Of a DNA stretch of 64,000 nucleotides, positions 12,395 through 26,883 are shown one piece after another; positions within the stretch are counted from its first letter, which is position 1, and each line of letters opens with the position of its first letter. The stretch is from Squalus acanthias. Taxonomy: Eukaryota. The notes under the pieces were generated by a model, which was given only the letters and a program-made list of their open reading frames with translations, ran no database searches and was not told the DNA's origin. Made by a program: the position numbers and the translations under genes. Where the stretch lies: the NCBI GenBank assembly GCA_030390025.1, contig CM059430.1, forward strand, positions 75,144,001 to 75,208,000, read 5' to 3'.

Positions 12395-12865
12395 AAAGAA
12401 GAACGAAAGATTTAGATTTATATAGCGCCTTTCACGACCACCTGTCTCAAAGCACTTTGCAGCAAATGAAGTACTTTTGGAGTGTAGTCAATGTTATAAT
12501 GTGAGAAACTCGGCAGCCAATTCACGCACAACATGCTCCCACAAACAGCACTATGATAATGACTAGATAATCAGCTTCTGTTATGTTGATAGAAGGATAA
12601 ACATTGGCGAGGACACGGGGAAAACTTCTCTGCTCTTTTTCGAAATATTGCCATGGGATCTTTTATGTCCACCTGAGAGAGCAGATGGTGTTTCGAATAA
12701 ATGTCTCATCCGAAAGACAGCACCTCCGACAGTGCAGCACTCCATCAGTACTTCACTGGAGTGTCATACTAGATTTATGTGCTCAAGTCCCTGGATGGGA
12801 TTTGAATCCACATTTTTCTGACCCAGAATACTAGAGTGCTATCCACTGAGCCGCAGCTGACACTG
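12395..12865 (-). mobile_element. Deu-domain SINE, second copy
   Basis: Colinear with 9550-9980. Further degraded copies at ~38670-39045 and ~58610-58830. Confidence 0.65.
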
Positions 12866-14107
12866 GGAACCGAATCGAATCATAGAGAGGATTATAAATT
12901 CAAAAAACGGTTCGGGTTGGGGCGGGTGGGAGGTTAAGCTATGATAGAGCAATTTTTTGGTGGGTCATTGGGGGCGTTTGGTGACGGGTCAGTGGGATTT
13001 TTTTGACAGCTCCCATTGCATAGCTGTTAACTTTCCAAGTTCAGAAGCGTTGCTTACTGCATTTGGAAGACAGATTGAACTTTATGCAGCTTGCAAGTAT
13101 TTGTAGCAAACTCTGTGGATAAAGTTTAGTCGGAATTTTTACGTTGACGAGAGTTCAGGTTTGCAAGTGGTGGGCAGTTAAAAGTGCAATAATTGCCAGT
13201 GTGTTGGGAAGCTGCCTTCAAGCCGCCGCCTTCCACTTTAACCTGCGGCCTGTTTCTAAGCATGCCAGAGATCTGCTCGGGAGAGATGGGCGACCAAATT
13301 AAAGTATTTGAGAAATCATTAACAGGCTAATAAAAGGCAAACCAAATGTAACAGCTTTCAATGGCTGTGCACGGGTTTCACGTGATTCACGGGATTCCTG
13401 AACCTCGCCTGTGAATGGAAGGTGAGAGCAGCGTGGATATTTTGCGAGTTGAACAAGTGACAGTTGAAAAAATCACATACATTCTCACACCTGCTTCCAT
13501 GCCTAAGGGAAAGGCTATTGCTGACACCAGTTCTACACCGAATTTGCTCTCAGGAGATTTCAGGTGACTTCTATAAACACGGAAGCCACTCTCATTACAT
13601 TGGAAGTCACTCTCACTACATTGAGGATTGTGCCTCTGATCTCCACTTTACCTGGCATCTATCAGATGGGTGCCGATAATTCTGTACCAATTTGGACCTC
13701 AGATTCGGACGAGGATGCGCCCCAGCAGCAACACCGGAAACACCAGCAGCGGCAGCCTTATCCTCACCGATCTGCTGCTCCACAGAGGAGAGCGGATGAG
13801 CACAGAGGTCCGCCTCGCCGGAGGATCTACCCCCAACACATTGTATATAGGCAAAGGATGAGCTTCTTGCACATTACTTAACAGCAGTTCCTCAGGAGGA
13901 TATAGTTGTCACATCAAGTCACGGCAGACATTTTTAGCTTGCTAGAAAAGACCTGCTGCCAATTGGCCTTGGTGGACGTGCCTTATCAGTGGCTGTCCAA
14001 AGTACCACTGCCCTCAGCATGTTCACCTAAGGTTTCTTCCAGGGTTCTGCAGCAGACATTAGCAGGATCTTGCAGTCGGCCGCACAGAGATGCATCACCC
14101 AGGTGAC

Positions 14108-17100
14108 ATAAGAAGATAAGAAATAGGAGTATGATTAGGCTTTCGGCCCATCGAGCCTGCACCGCCATTCAATAAGATTATGGCTGATCTGATTGTGGCT
14201 TCAACTCCACTTTTCTGCCTGTTCCGCATAACCTTTGACTCCCCTGTATTTCAAAAATCTGTCTAACTCAGCCTTGGACATGTTCAATGACTCAGCCTCC
14301 ATAGCTCTCTGGGGTAGAGTATTCCAAAGATTCACGACCGTTTGAGAGAAGAAATCCCGCCTCATCTCCGTCTGAAATGGGCGACCGCTTATTCTGAAGC
14401 TATGCCCGCTATTTATAGATTCCCCCACGAGGGTAAACAATCTCTCACCAACTAACTTGCAAGCCCCCTCAGAATCTTATATGTTTCAATACGATCACCT
14501 CTCATTCTTCTGAACTCCAATGAGTATAGGCCCAACCTGCTTATGATTTCCTCATAAGACAACCCCTTCATCCCATGAATCAAGCAAGTGAACCTTCTCT
14601 GAACTGCCCCCAATGCAAGTATATCCCTCGTTAAATTAGGAGACCAAAAGTGTACGCAGTACTCTAGATGTATTCTCACCAATGCCCTGTGCAGTTGTAG
14701 CAAGACTTCCCTACTTTTATATTCCTTCCCACTTCAAATAAAGGCCAGCATTCCATTTGCCTTCTTAATTTCTTGCAGTACCTGCAAGCCAACTTTTTGT
14801 GTTTCATGTACGAGGACATCCACATCTTACAAAAGTAAAATTTTGCTTTTTTATTCTTCCTGCCAAAGTGGATAACATTACATTTTCCCACATTATTCTC
14901 CATCTGCCAAATTTTTGCCCACTCACTTAACCTATCTACATAAGAACAAAATAAATAGGAGCAGGAGTAGGTTATTCGGCCCCTCGAGCCTGCTCCGCCA
15001 TTCAATGAGATAATGGCTGATCTTCTGCCTCAACTCCATTCATGGCCCTATCGCCATATTCCGTTTTCCCCCTTACTAGTCAGAAATATATTGACTTCTG
15101 TTTTGAATATACCCAATGACTGAGCCTCCACAGCCATCTGGGGTAGAGAATTCCAATGATTCACCACCCTCTGTGTGAAGAAATTTCTTCTAATCTCAGT
15201 ACTGAATGGCCTACCCTTTATCCTGAGCCTGTGGCCCCTGGTTCTAGACTCACCAGCCAAGGGAAACATTCTCCCAGCATCCACCCTATCGAGCCCTGTA
15301 TTAATTTGTATGCTTTAATGTGATCCCGTCTCATTCTTCTGAATTCAAGAGAATACAAGCCTAGTTTACTCAAACTCTTCTCATACGACATCTATCCCTT
15401 AGCAGACTCTTTGAGTCCTCCTCGCAACTTGCTTTCCCGCCTATCTTTGTATTGTCAGCAAATGTTGCTTCAGTACACTCGGTCCCTTCATAAGATTGCA
15501 AATAGTTGAGGCCCCAACACTTATCGCTGTGGCTCCCCACTAGTGAACCATTTATCCTGACCCTATGTTTTCTGTTAGTCAGTTAATCTTCTATGCATGC
15601 TAATATATTACCCCAACACCACGAGCTCTTATCTTGTGCAGTAACATTTTATCTGGCACCTTATCGAATTACTTTAGGAAATCCAAATACACTACATCTA
15701 ATGTTACCCCTTCATCCACCCTGCTCGTTACATACTCAAAGATCTCGAATATGTTTGTCAAACATGATTTCCCTTTCAGAAAACCATGTTGGCTCTGCTT
15801 GATTGTATTATGATTATCTAAATGTCAAGCTACTATTTCCATATTAATGGCTTCCAACATTTTCCCAATGGCAGATGTTAGGCTAACTGCCCTATAGTTT
15901 ATTGCTTTCTGTCTCCATCCATTCTTGGATGGAGGCGTTACATTTGCGGTTTTCCAATCCGCTGGCACCTTTTGCAGAATCTAGGGAATTTTGGAAGATT
16001 GCAACCAAGGCATTAAATATCTCTGCAGCCACTTCTCTTAAGAGCCTCGGATGCAGGCCATCAGGTCAAGGGGACTTGATAGCATTTAGTCTCATTCGAT
16101 TGCCTCGTAATTTTTCTCTAGTGATAGATAACGGCACAGAAGGAGGCCATTCGTTCGTCGAGTCCGCACCGGCTCTCTGCAGAGCAATCCAGTCAGTCGC
16201 ATTCCACCGTTTTTTCCCTTAGCTCTGCACGTTTATTTCCCTCAAATGCCTATCCATACTCCCCTTGGAAACATTGAGAACATTCAATGTCTGCCATATC
16301 TAGTGCAGCAGATATGTTATGGACGAGTCATCCAGAGGCCTGAATGAATAAACCTGAGAACGCAAGTTTATATACAACAAATTGCATTCAGTTTAAATCT
16401 GGAAATAAAAATCCGGTATGCCCATGAAGCTAGTTCACTAATGACCTTCAGGGAATGAAACCTGCCATCCTTTCCCAGTCTGGCCTATATGTGAATGAGT
16501 AAGTCCCACATCAACGTGGCTCAGTTGTACACAGTTGGGCTATAAATGCTTGCCTTGCCCACATGCCGAAATCTGAATGATCTAGACAAAACAGCTTGGA
16601 TTCTTCCGTCCTCCGAAATATTCTTCTGGTGTTCTAGTCCATAATGTTGGGAAATAGGTTCTGAACCTATAACTCCACATGTGATAGGTTTGTTACCGCA
16701 AGCATAGCAAACTGCTTATGTGTTTTGTTCATACCGACAAAGAGAAATTCAGCATGGAATTTACCAGCATCCATCTCACTGACCCCAACTGATTGAAATC
16801 CGAGAGTTTGCCAATGCGACCTCTCCAATGCTCGTCTATATGCACCTTCATCCGACATCAGTTGACATCCTGACTAGACTGGCAAAACTGCAAAATCTTC
16901 CAGACAGTATAAATGGGACTAAAAGGAGCCAACGCCATTTTTCTAACATTAAAATGCCAAACGTACACTCAAAAGTTGTTCAATAATCTATTGGAGAAGT
17001 GCTGAAATGTTGTACAAAGCAGTTCAATGTGTTTTTAGGTTAAGATCTTTGTTGTACGTTAGACATCGTGGCCCAGAATTTCCTAAAAATGTGCACCGAA

Positions 17101-20100
17101 CCAACAGCGTAAGTGTGGCATAATGCCGATTTTTTGCCATAAAAGATTAAGGATATACGGGTGTAAGCGAACTAGACCAGTTTGAAGCTACGTCCAAATT
17201 TACTCAATATTTCACACGAATTCTGTAAAACCTCCATCAAAACGTCCTGCTGATTGCGGGATACATTAGTGTACTGATTATGTTACTGGGCTAGTAATCC
17301 AGAAGCCTGGACTGATAAGCCAAAGAATGTGAGTTCACAATTCCATCATGGCAGTTTAAGAATTTGAGAAATCTCTGAACCTGTGGTTCCTCTCGTACTG
17401 ATCAGCATTACTATAGCAACGACACATCTCCGTAAATTTAACCTGTCTCACGACGGTCTAAATTCAGCTTAGTAAATTCATTAAAAAAAATCTTTAAAAA
17501 TCTGGAAAGAAAACATGGTATCAGTAATATTGATCATGAAGCTGTCAGATTGTCGCAAGACCCAACTGGTTCACCAATGTCCTCCAGGGAAGCCCCACCC
17601 TTTTGTCTTTTGATTTTCCACTTCTCTTGGGAGGCTTTTTGTGTCTTCTACCGTGCAGACAGATACAAAATATTTGTTCAAAATCTCTGCCATTTCCTTG
17701 TTTCCCATTATTAATTCCCCAGTCTTATCTTCCGAGGGACCAAGTTTACTTGGACTACTGTCTTCCTTTTTATATACTTGTAGAAGCTCTTCGTGTTTGT
17801 TTTCATATTTCTTGCTAGTTTACTCTCATAATCTATTGCCTTCCACTTTATTATATTTTTAGTCTTCCTTTGCAAGTTTCTAAAAAAATCCCAGTCTTCT
17901 GGCCTAACACTAATGCTCAGAACATTGTTTGACTTTTGTTTCAATTTCATATCCTCATTAACTTCGTTAGTTAGCCACAGATGGTTCATTCTTCTAGTAG
18001 AGTCTTTCTTTCTCACTGGAATATATCTTTGTTCTGAGTTATGAAATATCTTCTTCAAAGTCTACCACTGCTTATTTACTGTCTTAACTTTTACTCTATT
18101 TTCTCTGTCCAATTAAGCCAACTCTGTCTTCAAACCTTGGTAATTGCCTTTATTTAAGTTTTGGACAGTAGTTTCAGATCCAAGTTTCTTACTCTCAAAC
18201 TGAATGTGAAATTCTATCATGCTATGCTCACTCTTCACTAGAGGATCCTTTACTATGAGATCATGAATTAATCCTGTCTAATTACACATTACCAGATCAA
18301 AAGTAACCTTTTGCCTGGTTGGTTCCACAACGTATTGTTCTGAGAAACTGTCCTGAATACACTCTATGAACTCGACCTCAAGGGTACCTTTGACAATTTG
18401 ATTTGTCCAATCTATGTGAAGATTAAAATCGCCCACGATTATTGCAGTAACTTTCTTACAAGCCCCCATTATTTCTTGATTTATACACTGTCCTACAGTG
18501 TAGCTACTGTTAGGGGGCCTATAGAATGCACCCACCAGTTACTTATTTCACTTATTATTTCTTATCTCCACCAAACTGATTCTACATCTTGATCTTCCGA
18601 GCTAAGGTCATTTCTCACTACTGTATTGATCTCATCCTTTATTAACAGAGCTACACCATGTTGTTTTCCTTTCTGCCTTTCCGTCCAAAATATCAAATAA
18701 CCCTGAATATTCAGTTCAAGCCTTGATCACCTTGCAACCACGTCTCTGGAATGGCTATCAGATCATACCCATTTACTGCTATTTGTGCCGTCAATTCATC
18801 TATCTTGTTATGAATGGAGTGCACATTCAGATAAAGAGCCTTTAATTTTGTCTTTTTACCAGTTTCCCCGACCTGACGCTATTTGCTGGTGGACTCTTAT
18901 GCTTGTACGCTCTGTCCCTTCTTGTCACACTCTAGTTATCATTTCCCCTATCGCTCTCCTGCACTATTGCCTTGTCCTTTCTCTTTAACTTTCAAGTTTC
19001 CCAATGGAACAGCTCCCTCTTTCCCCAGTACTGGTCCCAGTGCCCCATGAATCGAAACCCATTTCTCCAACACCAATCCTTGAGCCACGCATTTAACTCT
19101 CTGATCTTGTTTACCCTATGCCAATTTGCTCTTGGCTCATATATTAATCCAGAGATTATTACCTTTGTGGTTCTGCTTTTTAATGTAGCCCCTAGCTGCT
19201 CATACTTCCTCAGCAGAACCTCTTTCTTATTCCTGCCTATATCGTTGGTACCTACGTGAACCACGACAACTGGATTATTCCCCTTCCACTCTAAGTTCTT
19301 CTCCAGCCCCGAAGAGATGTCCTTACCCTGGCACCGGGCAGGCAACACCGCCTTTGGGTCTCTCGCTCTCGGCTGCAGAGAACAGTATCTATCCTCCTGA
19401 CCCCTACCACTACTACATTCCGTTTTACTCCCCCAACTTGAATGGCCCCCTGTGCCACGGTGCTGTGTTCAGTTTGCTCATCCTCCCTGCAGTCCTTGCT
19501 CTTGTCCACACAGTCTGCAAGAACCTCATACCTGTTGGACACGTGCAAGGGCTGAGGCTCCTCCAATGCTACCTTCTGGATCCTGACTCGCATTCACACC
19601 CTCCTGTCCCTGAACACGGACCAAATATGAAGTATTTAATCCAAGGGATGTGACTGCCTCCTGGAATAAAGTATCCAGGTAACCTTTTCCCTTCGGGATG
19701 TATCGCAGTGTCCGAAGCTCGAACTCCAGCTCATCAAATCTAAGCCGAAGTTCTTCGAGCTGCAGAAACTTACTGCAGATGTGGCTGCTGTGGATCACTC
19801 TGGGTCCACCAGCTCCCACATGCTACAGCTGCAACACATCACCTGCCCTGCCATCACTATTGTATTTTATTTAACTAATTAGGTTTTCAAGTTTTGAAAT
19901 ACTCAATTGTCTATTAATAGTTATTAATCGAGGTAATAACCTTGTTTAATTTATAAAATTAATTATATACTTTAGGTCTTTACTGCAACTTAGCCCACAG
20001 TCCTAATTTAACGCTAGTTGTTTATATTTTTTAATGTATCCAGCAGCATCTCTTTATTCCCACCTCACCGAATTCACTCACTCACCAAATTCCGGAGTTT

Positions 20101-20475
20101 AGTATTCTGTAGAAACAATACTCCGTAGAACTGGATTAGATGCTACTTAGCTCCGTGGATGAGTAAAAGCTTCTTGTTTATATACCAGCAGAAATTCCAA
20201 ATCCCTGAATTAACCTTGCTGACAGTAATTATCAGGCAGCCAGTTCTAGCTAGCCACCTAATTCACTGTGCAACTGCCACCAGCATGCAGCTGTTTACCA
20301 CTGTGAAAGAAACGACAAGTTAAGGTTAAAGTTAAGTTAAATGCATAATGTTAAATGCAAAATTTAACTAAATATTAGAAAGTGATAAACCCTGAAAATT
20401 AGCTCAATCACCATATTCCCCAGTTAAGTTATATGTAGAAGCGGTACTCCGTAGAACTGGATTCCGTGCTATTTA
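14108..20475 (-). mobile_element. Near-full-length decayed CR1 LINE with further nested CR1 and SINE inserts
   Basis: ORF1 esterase motif VVVHVGTNDIGR (18992-19348), endonuclease GAFYRPP..IIVGDFN (18278-18535), ORF2 C-terminus HLEYCVHFWSP, 3' tail at 14108. Confidence 0.85.
16300..16570 (+). mobile_element. HE1-like (V-domain) SINE fragment
   Basis: gttcactaatgaccttcagggaatgaaacctgccatcc..ggcctatatgtga. Related copies at ~17270-17600 and ~33590-33960. Confidence 0.55.
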
Positions 20476-23400
20476 ACGATGCCATGTTTCAAAAGTTAGG
20501 CACTTAAGTACATTTTGCCACTGGTGAAGCCAGTCTGACTAAGCGGGCGCTCGGCTTTGTGGGTCTGTCTGGCTTCCAACTGCAGTCGGGCGTCATCAAT
20601 TGCACACATGTGCCCAAAAAACGCGAGCCCAGATAACCCACGCAGTTTCTTGTACTGGAAGGGCTTCCACTCCCTCAATGTTCAGAACGTCTGCAACCAC
20701 AAATAATATCTTCATGCATATGTTTGTCAGATTCCCAGGGAATTGTCATTACTCTTTCGTCCTGCACCAGTTCACCCTCCCTCAGCTCTTCACACCAATG
20801 ACAAGACTTACCGGCTGGCTGCTTGGAGACAAGGGCTATCCACTGTAGATGTGGCTGATGACACCCTTGAGGAGGCCAAAAAATGGGGCCGCGGAGTGCT
20901 ATAATCTAAGCCACATGACGACCAGATGTGTAATAGAGCATGCAATTCGAATGCAGAAGATGCGCTTCAGATGCCGGGGCAGATTGGAGTAGACATTCAA
21001 TACACACCAGCCAGGGACTCCAGAATTATCATTGAATGCTGGGCACCAAAAAGAAGAGCACAGCAGCGAGGATAGGAGCTGCAGGAAGAGGAAGTTGCAG
21101 AAAACAGAACCTCTTCAGAGATGGAAGAGGTGAAGGAGCAGGTAGAATACGTGCAGAAGGAGGAGAAGGACGAGGTACCTGAGGTGGCGATGGCAGCAGC
21201 AGTGGCTGACTTTGTTGCCCGGGAGGCCCGAGATAGCGTCATAATGGCAGAATTTAGTAAAGTTGCACCAGAGCACCGATATGGCACCCAGATGCTGAAT
21301 CAAACACACCCCCCACGCCACCAACACCACAAGCAGTCCTAAAATGGCCGAACCGTTCCTGTCACACATACACCCATTGCTCGAGGTTAATTAGTGTCCT
21401 ACAATTCACTCCAAATAATAAGGCCACTTCCCAGGTAGCAGGCAAAAATGCACAAGACGAGAAAGTGCTGCAAATAAATATTTTTTTGTGTGTCATGAAT
21501 AGAACTGAAACTTAACACTAATATTTTGACATACACCCATGTACATAAACTTGTGCATTTACGATTGTGTCATTTTTCTTTTCTGAGCCCCTCTACGAGG
21601 TGCAACCCCTGTGGCTTCAGCATAGGTAAAGGTAGCCTACTCAGTTCCCTGCTCAGACTGCTTAGACACTGTTGGTGGAACTCCTCTGGATTCTGGAGCA
21701 TGTGAGGGTCCCGCCAAACACTGCTCCTCCTGTACCTGTGCAGGGGCAGACCCAATCATCGGGATCCGAGGCAGCACATGCGGCTGTGACTGAGGGGGAG
21801 GCAACGAGGGCGAAATGTGGGACTGCTTTCAGCAGAGACCCCATTTCCATGATGCTTTCACCATCATCCCTCTCATGCCCCACCCGCACTTCCCTGCTAG
21901 CAAGTAGATGGAGAGCACCTTGCTGCAGATCAGTGGGACGATGAACGACCAAGTCTAAGTTTATATCCCTCCTAGATATGACTGCCATTAGAGTCTGCAA
22001 GCTCTTGTTCACTGCACGCTTTCACTCGTTTGACTGGCGCATTTGCTGTTCCATGCAGGTGGCCACAATTTCCACGGAAGAGTAAATCATCGCCATCGCC
22101 TGCAACATGGTACTGCTCATTTTGGAGATGGATTCCTCCAATCTCCCTACAATCGCGCACATCATGTCTGGAAAAGCTGCCAGATCCTCCCGCATTTTTT
22201 GCTGCTCCTCCAGATTCATCCTCTTTGTCGACGGCCCCCGAGGTACAGCATCAGCATGTAGCTAGGCAGAGCTTGGAGCGTCCTGCGGCCTCGACGAGGA
22301 CGCTCCACCGCTGTCCCTGTCTCCACCATCTGCTCTTGCTCACTTGTGATCTGTGAGACAATAGGTCACAATATTATTTCTCTCTCACTGGACTCACCGA
22401 CGTGTGCAAATCTGCGCAGGTGCTGGATGTGCTTGAGTCGTGTGACTGTGCAGCCTTCGAGACCGCATCTTCCTCTGAGGATTCATCTTCCTCCTCTGGT
22501 TGGACTGTGTTGGGGGTGGGGGCAATTGATGGACCTGTGGGAGGGTGAAGACATGAATTAAGACTGTTGTGATAAGAATGTTTAAGTTACCATTATGCAC
22601 ATGCTCATATTTCACAGGCTGCTGATATCAAGTCACCATGAGTGATTGTTGTATGCCATGTGGCTGTATGATTTTTAATTCTGTCACCAGGTAACTGGGA
22701 GATCCCGCTCTCTCCACCTCCAACCTCCACTGATGTCAAGTGCCTCCTCCACTGCTTCAGACAATGGTGTGGTTACAGGAGGGCCAAGTTCGGTTCTTTC
22801 CCTCTCCCTGGTGTTCAGTGCTCCCTTCTCCTGCAAGGAGGGAATTAAGAGATTTGAGTGAGAGTCATGGAATGAGTGTAATGTGATGGATGTGCAACAA
22901 CTGTAGAGGGTGATGATGAGGGATGGCGTGACATTGCCGAATGCCCTCCGTCTGTTGTGTTACTTTCTATGATTGCATTACGATGAGGGTGAGTGTCAGT
23001 GGTGGATAGTCAGATGGAAATGTGAGTAAGTTAATAGAGAGTGAGGGATGTGTGCACCTGCAAGGAAGGTTGATGTGAGGAGTGGTGTGCTGGAGTAGGC
23101 TTCGGAAGGCAGAGTGATGGGTTTGGGCTGACACCCACATCAGGATGTTGTTGACTGTGGCATTTTACTTACATTTCCTGACCTCATGACATCATTCAAT
23201 CTCTTCCTCAACTGTATCCAGGAACTAGTAACCATACTCATTCTGCTCACTTCTTCCGCGATTTCCTGCCATGGCCACTATGTCTTGGCTGCTAGCCTCT
23301 TCCTCCCGTCACCAGGGAAGATGATGCCCCTGTGGACTCCGCTCCCTGGAGCAGGATTTCCAGCGATGCATCACTAAAGCTTGGGCAGCTGTTTGTCGTT

Positions 23401-24789
23401 GAACCTGCAGTTTTGCTGAACAGTCTTTAGAACTTTATATTCCAATAACGAGCTAATCTCACAACATTCTACTGTCTCCCCCGCCAAACTCTTCTGCAGG
23501 TCCACCAACCTTCAACTGTTAGCTGTGCATTGCTCCCTACAAAAGCTGAGCTGAATGAGAGTCATCCGTGACGTCATCAGACCGCCCGAATTAATTTACC
23601 GGGAAAGCTGCATGAATGGTTCAATTACAGTGACTTCCTTAAAAAAAATTGCAGAATGCATTCATAGAACGTCCGAGCTAACGACACACTCCACGCACCA
23701 CCCCCCCCCCCCCCACCCACACCTGCCATATGCAACCAAACCGACGGAGAGTGGTCAGACCCCTTGTCCAACATCCAACATGAACCAAAATTGCCTCCTA
23801 ATAAAAACTGGCATGACCTACACTATCATGTTTTATCTCCGCAAACATTCTTGTTCCATTGCCACTGATTGCATCCCCTCTCTGGCCACTTTTTCAGCTT
23901 GAATCAGATTGATAACGAACTTGGCGTCTGGTTTGAATGCAAACAGAGCTTCAAACCCCATATCCTCCTATTCCTGAGTTAAAGGTGCGTTATAAATTCA
24001 AATTGTTGTTGTTGGTTGGCGCTCAACCGAAGGGATGGCTGTCCGTGAAGAATAGGATGTAACAGATTGACCCGAATTCTGAGCATCATGGTAAATAATT
24101 GAAACCATATAACTCAGTTTTATTATGGAGTAGCAACATTCGGCGTCAGCACATGCAAAGTTAAACGTTGAAATCCGGAAGTTGTTGTCCAAGTTGCTCT
24201 GTTCCATAACAAACTTCGCTACACCAGTACTTCGAGGATAGATCCGACATTAAAATACATGAAGGGCGATAAATCGCGGTCCTTACCAAATAGTTGCCAA
24301 CTATACATGGCAGACAAATTTACAACTGGTGCATTCAGGTGTAAGTAAATTTTAGCAGCGTGATATGTCTTACTTACTGCCAAACAACCTCTCTGGCAGT
24401 GAAAATGTTATTTTACAAGTGCGGACTCTCATCCTTTCACAATTTAATTATTTTTGGAGATTATAAAGATATATATTTGTTTTACTTCTTCTTTCTGTCT
24501 CTTTTAATTCTCTCTCACAAACCCATCTTTCATTCCCTGTCTTTATTTCGCTTTCTGTACATCATGGTACATTGACTTAAGTATTCCAATTCATACTTGC
24601 TGCTTCAGATTCTGCGTGTCTCGATGAGAATTCTTCATTCTGATTGGTGGAAGAGGCACGCTTGTGCTTGCCCTGCGCACACACGCCACAGATCCCTTGT
24701 GGAGGACAGCACACTGAAAAGTATCTCAAGCAACCTTAATTTGCCGCTCAAAAGCACATAAAACGTCTTTGTACAGCTGTATCCGCAAT

Positions 24790-25610
24790 GAATGGCGAGC
24801 TCCATTCTTGGTGGCAAAAACAGGAAAGCAGATTATTATCTGAACGGCAATAGATTGGGAGAAGGGGAAGTGCAACGAGACCGGGGTGTCCTTGTGCACC
24901 AGTCTCTGAATGTAAGCATGCAGGTGCAGCATGTGGTTATGAAGGCAAATGGTATGTTGGCCTTCATAGCGAGAGGATTCGAGTTCAGGAGCAAGGATGT
25001 CCTGCTGCAGTTGTACAGGGCCTTGGTGAGACCACACCTTGAGTATTGTGTGCAGTTTTGGTCGCCTTATCTGAGTAAGAATGTTCTTGCCATGGAGGGA
25101 GTGCAGCGAAGATTCACCAGACTGATACCTGGGATGGCAGTAATGACGTATGAGGAGAGATTCGGTCTATTGGGCTTATATTCTCTGGAGTTTAGAAGAA
25201 TGAGAGGGGATCTCATTGAAACTTATAAAATTCTAACAGGACTAGGCAGACTAGATGCAGGAAGGATGTTCCCGATGGCGGGGGAGTCCTGAACCAGGGG
25301 TCACAGTCTAAAGATAAAGGGTAAGCCATGTAGGACAGATAAGAGGAGGAATTTCTTTAGCCAGAGAGTGATGAACCTGTGGAATTCTCTACCACAAAAA
25401 GCAGTTGAGGTCAATTCTTTAAATATATTCAAGAAGGAGTTAGATATATTTCTTAAAGCTAATGGGAACAAGTGATATGTGAAGCAAGCAGGGACAGAGT
25501 ACTGAATTTGGATGATCAGCCATGATCTCATTAAATGGAGGAGCAGGCTCGAGGGGCCGAATGGCCTACTCCTGCTTCCTTCTTCGATGCTTCTATGTTT
25601 CTATGTTTCT
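24790..25610 (+). mobile_element. CR1 LINE 3' fragment
   Basis: ORF 24792-25292 LYRALVRPHLEYCVQFWSP..RRMRGDLIETYK, tail tctatgtttctatgtttct. Confidence 0.9.
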
Positions 25611-26828
25611 ATCGCCCATGACAACAACATCCGGGCCATTATTTTCTCTACTTCATTGTTGGGAATCAGTGGATATTTTATGCATTAAGTTGCCTGGTGA
25701 CAACCTTCAATTGTCCTTGTTCCTCTCTCTTTCGGACACTGCGAGGTTCTGTGGCAAAAGCCCCTCTCTCCACCGCCATCACCAACGCCCCACCCCATTG
25801 CGTCTGTCCATGATCAACAGATGCATCGAGGAACCTCGGGTCTCTTTGTCCTCCTGAAAACGTGCAAGAGATTATTTTTCTACAAAACTTTGGGCTTTTA
25901 CACGTATCTGTTTCTGTTGTGTCTGTGCAACTGCCGTTTGAAGCAACTGCAAGCCATTAAATTCCGTAACAGCCTACCCCGCCCCCGCCCCCGCCCCCAA
26001 AGCGTTATCGAACTTGGTCACTGAATAACAGTGACGACGCATCACAGTATGGATGAAACATGGGAAAGATCGTAATTGCTGATGATATTTTGAATCACAG
26101 ATCTTTGATCGGATATTCGTTCCTACTCTAGCAGCTGCTATTATCAATCAACAAATAAAAAAGTGGCACAGAAAAACGGAATAACCGGTCGTATTCAACG
26201 CGACACGTGATTTATGTTTTGTTTGCAGCAGTCTGCAAATCTGTCACGGGAGATCTGGAGATATCTCACTAAATTTAGGGGCTCGAGTGCTTTAAACTTT
26301 CCACAATTTCCTACAGCACGGTCGGAAACATCTCTCATGTCTGATCTGAAATGGTGTAGGACACTAAGGGAGAACTTTGGCTCAGTTCTCACAATCTCCC
26401 GCCGTATCTTCGCCGGACGATCAACGGAAAGCCTGCAGAAACGAAGTTACGATCAGAATGAGCAAACTCGGCGGATTCCGCCGGTCTCCGGTCAAAGAAT
26501 TCCATTGAAATTCTACGCGGAGAGCACTGAAATATGGAATATTCCAGGACGAATGCATGACCTTTTCTTCATAGCTTTCCTTAGAGTAGGAGGTCCCACG
26601 GCGATGCCGCTCCATCTGTGTGTGTAGATACTTCAAATTGCGAACTGGCGCCTCTTCTGGCGCGTTTACAACTATTTCAGCAAATTTCACCAAAGGGGCA
26701 AAAAGACATGTTCTGAACACGTAGACAGGATGTCACGCGTGACCTATTTCATTCTCCGGCTCTACAATGTTCTTACAAACCAACAGCCAGTTCACTTTCT
26801 GTCTCTCCGAGTGATCAACTGGTTCAGA

Positions 26829-26883
26829 ATGTTGGCGAGTGCTGTACTTTTGTGCCTCTCTGTTCTGGGATTCATTTTCACAG
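26829..26883 (+). CDS. Gene A exon 1, signal peptide MLASAVLLCLSVLGFIFT(G)
   Basis: Hydrophobic leader ending in a phase-1 donor AG|GTACC, 170 nt upstream of the V exon. Confidence 0.85.

Larger units (their letters stand above)
12890..23800 (+). mobile_element. Decayed autonomous-type Harbinger transposon, split by a nested insertion at ~14108-20475
   Basis: Transposase N-part ~13660-14107 (..GFFQGSAADISRILQSAAQRCITQVT) resumes at ~20477 (DAMF..GVINCTHV..GFHSLNVQ..GWLLGDKGYPL..WLMTP). A convergent second gene remnant lies at ~21560-23400 (-). Outer ends are uncertain. Confidence 0.75.

Noticed and set aside
20440-21280. Domesticated HARBI1-like host gene
   Set aside because: Multiple stops and frameshifts, an altered catalytic motif and a LINE insertion indicate a dead transposon.
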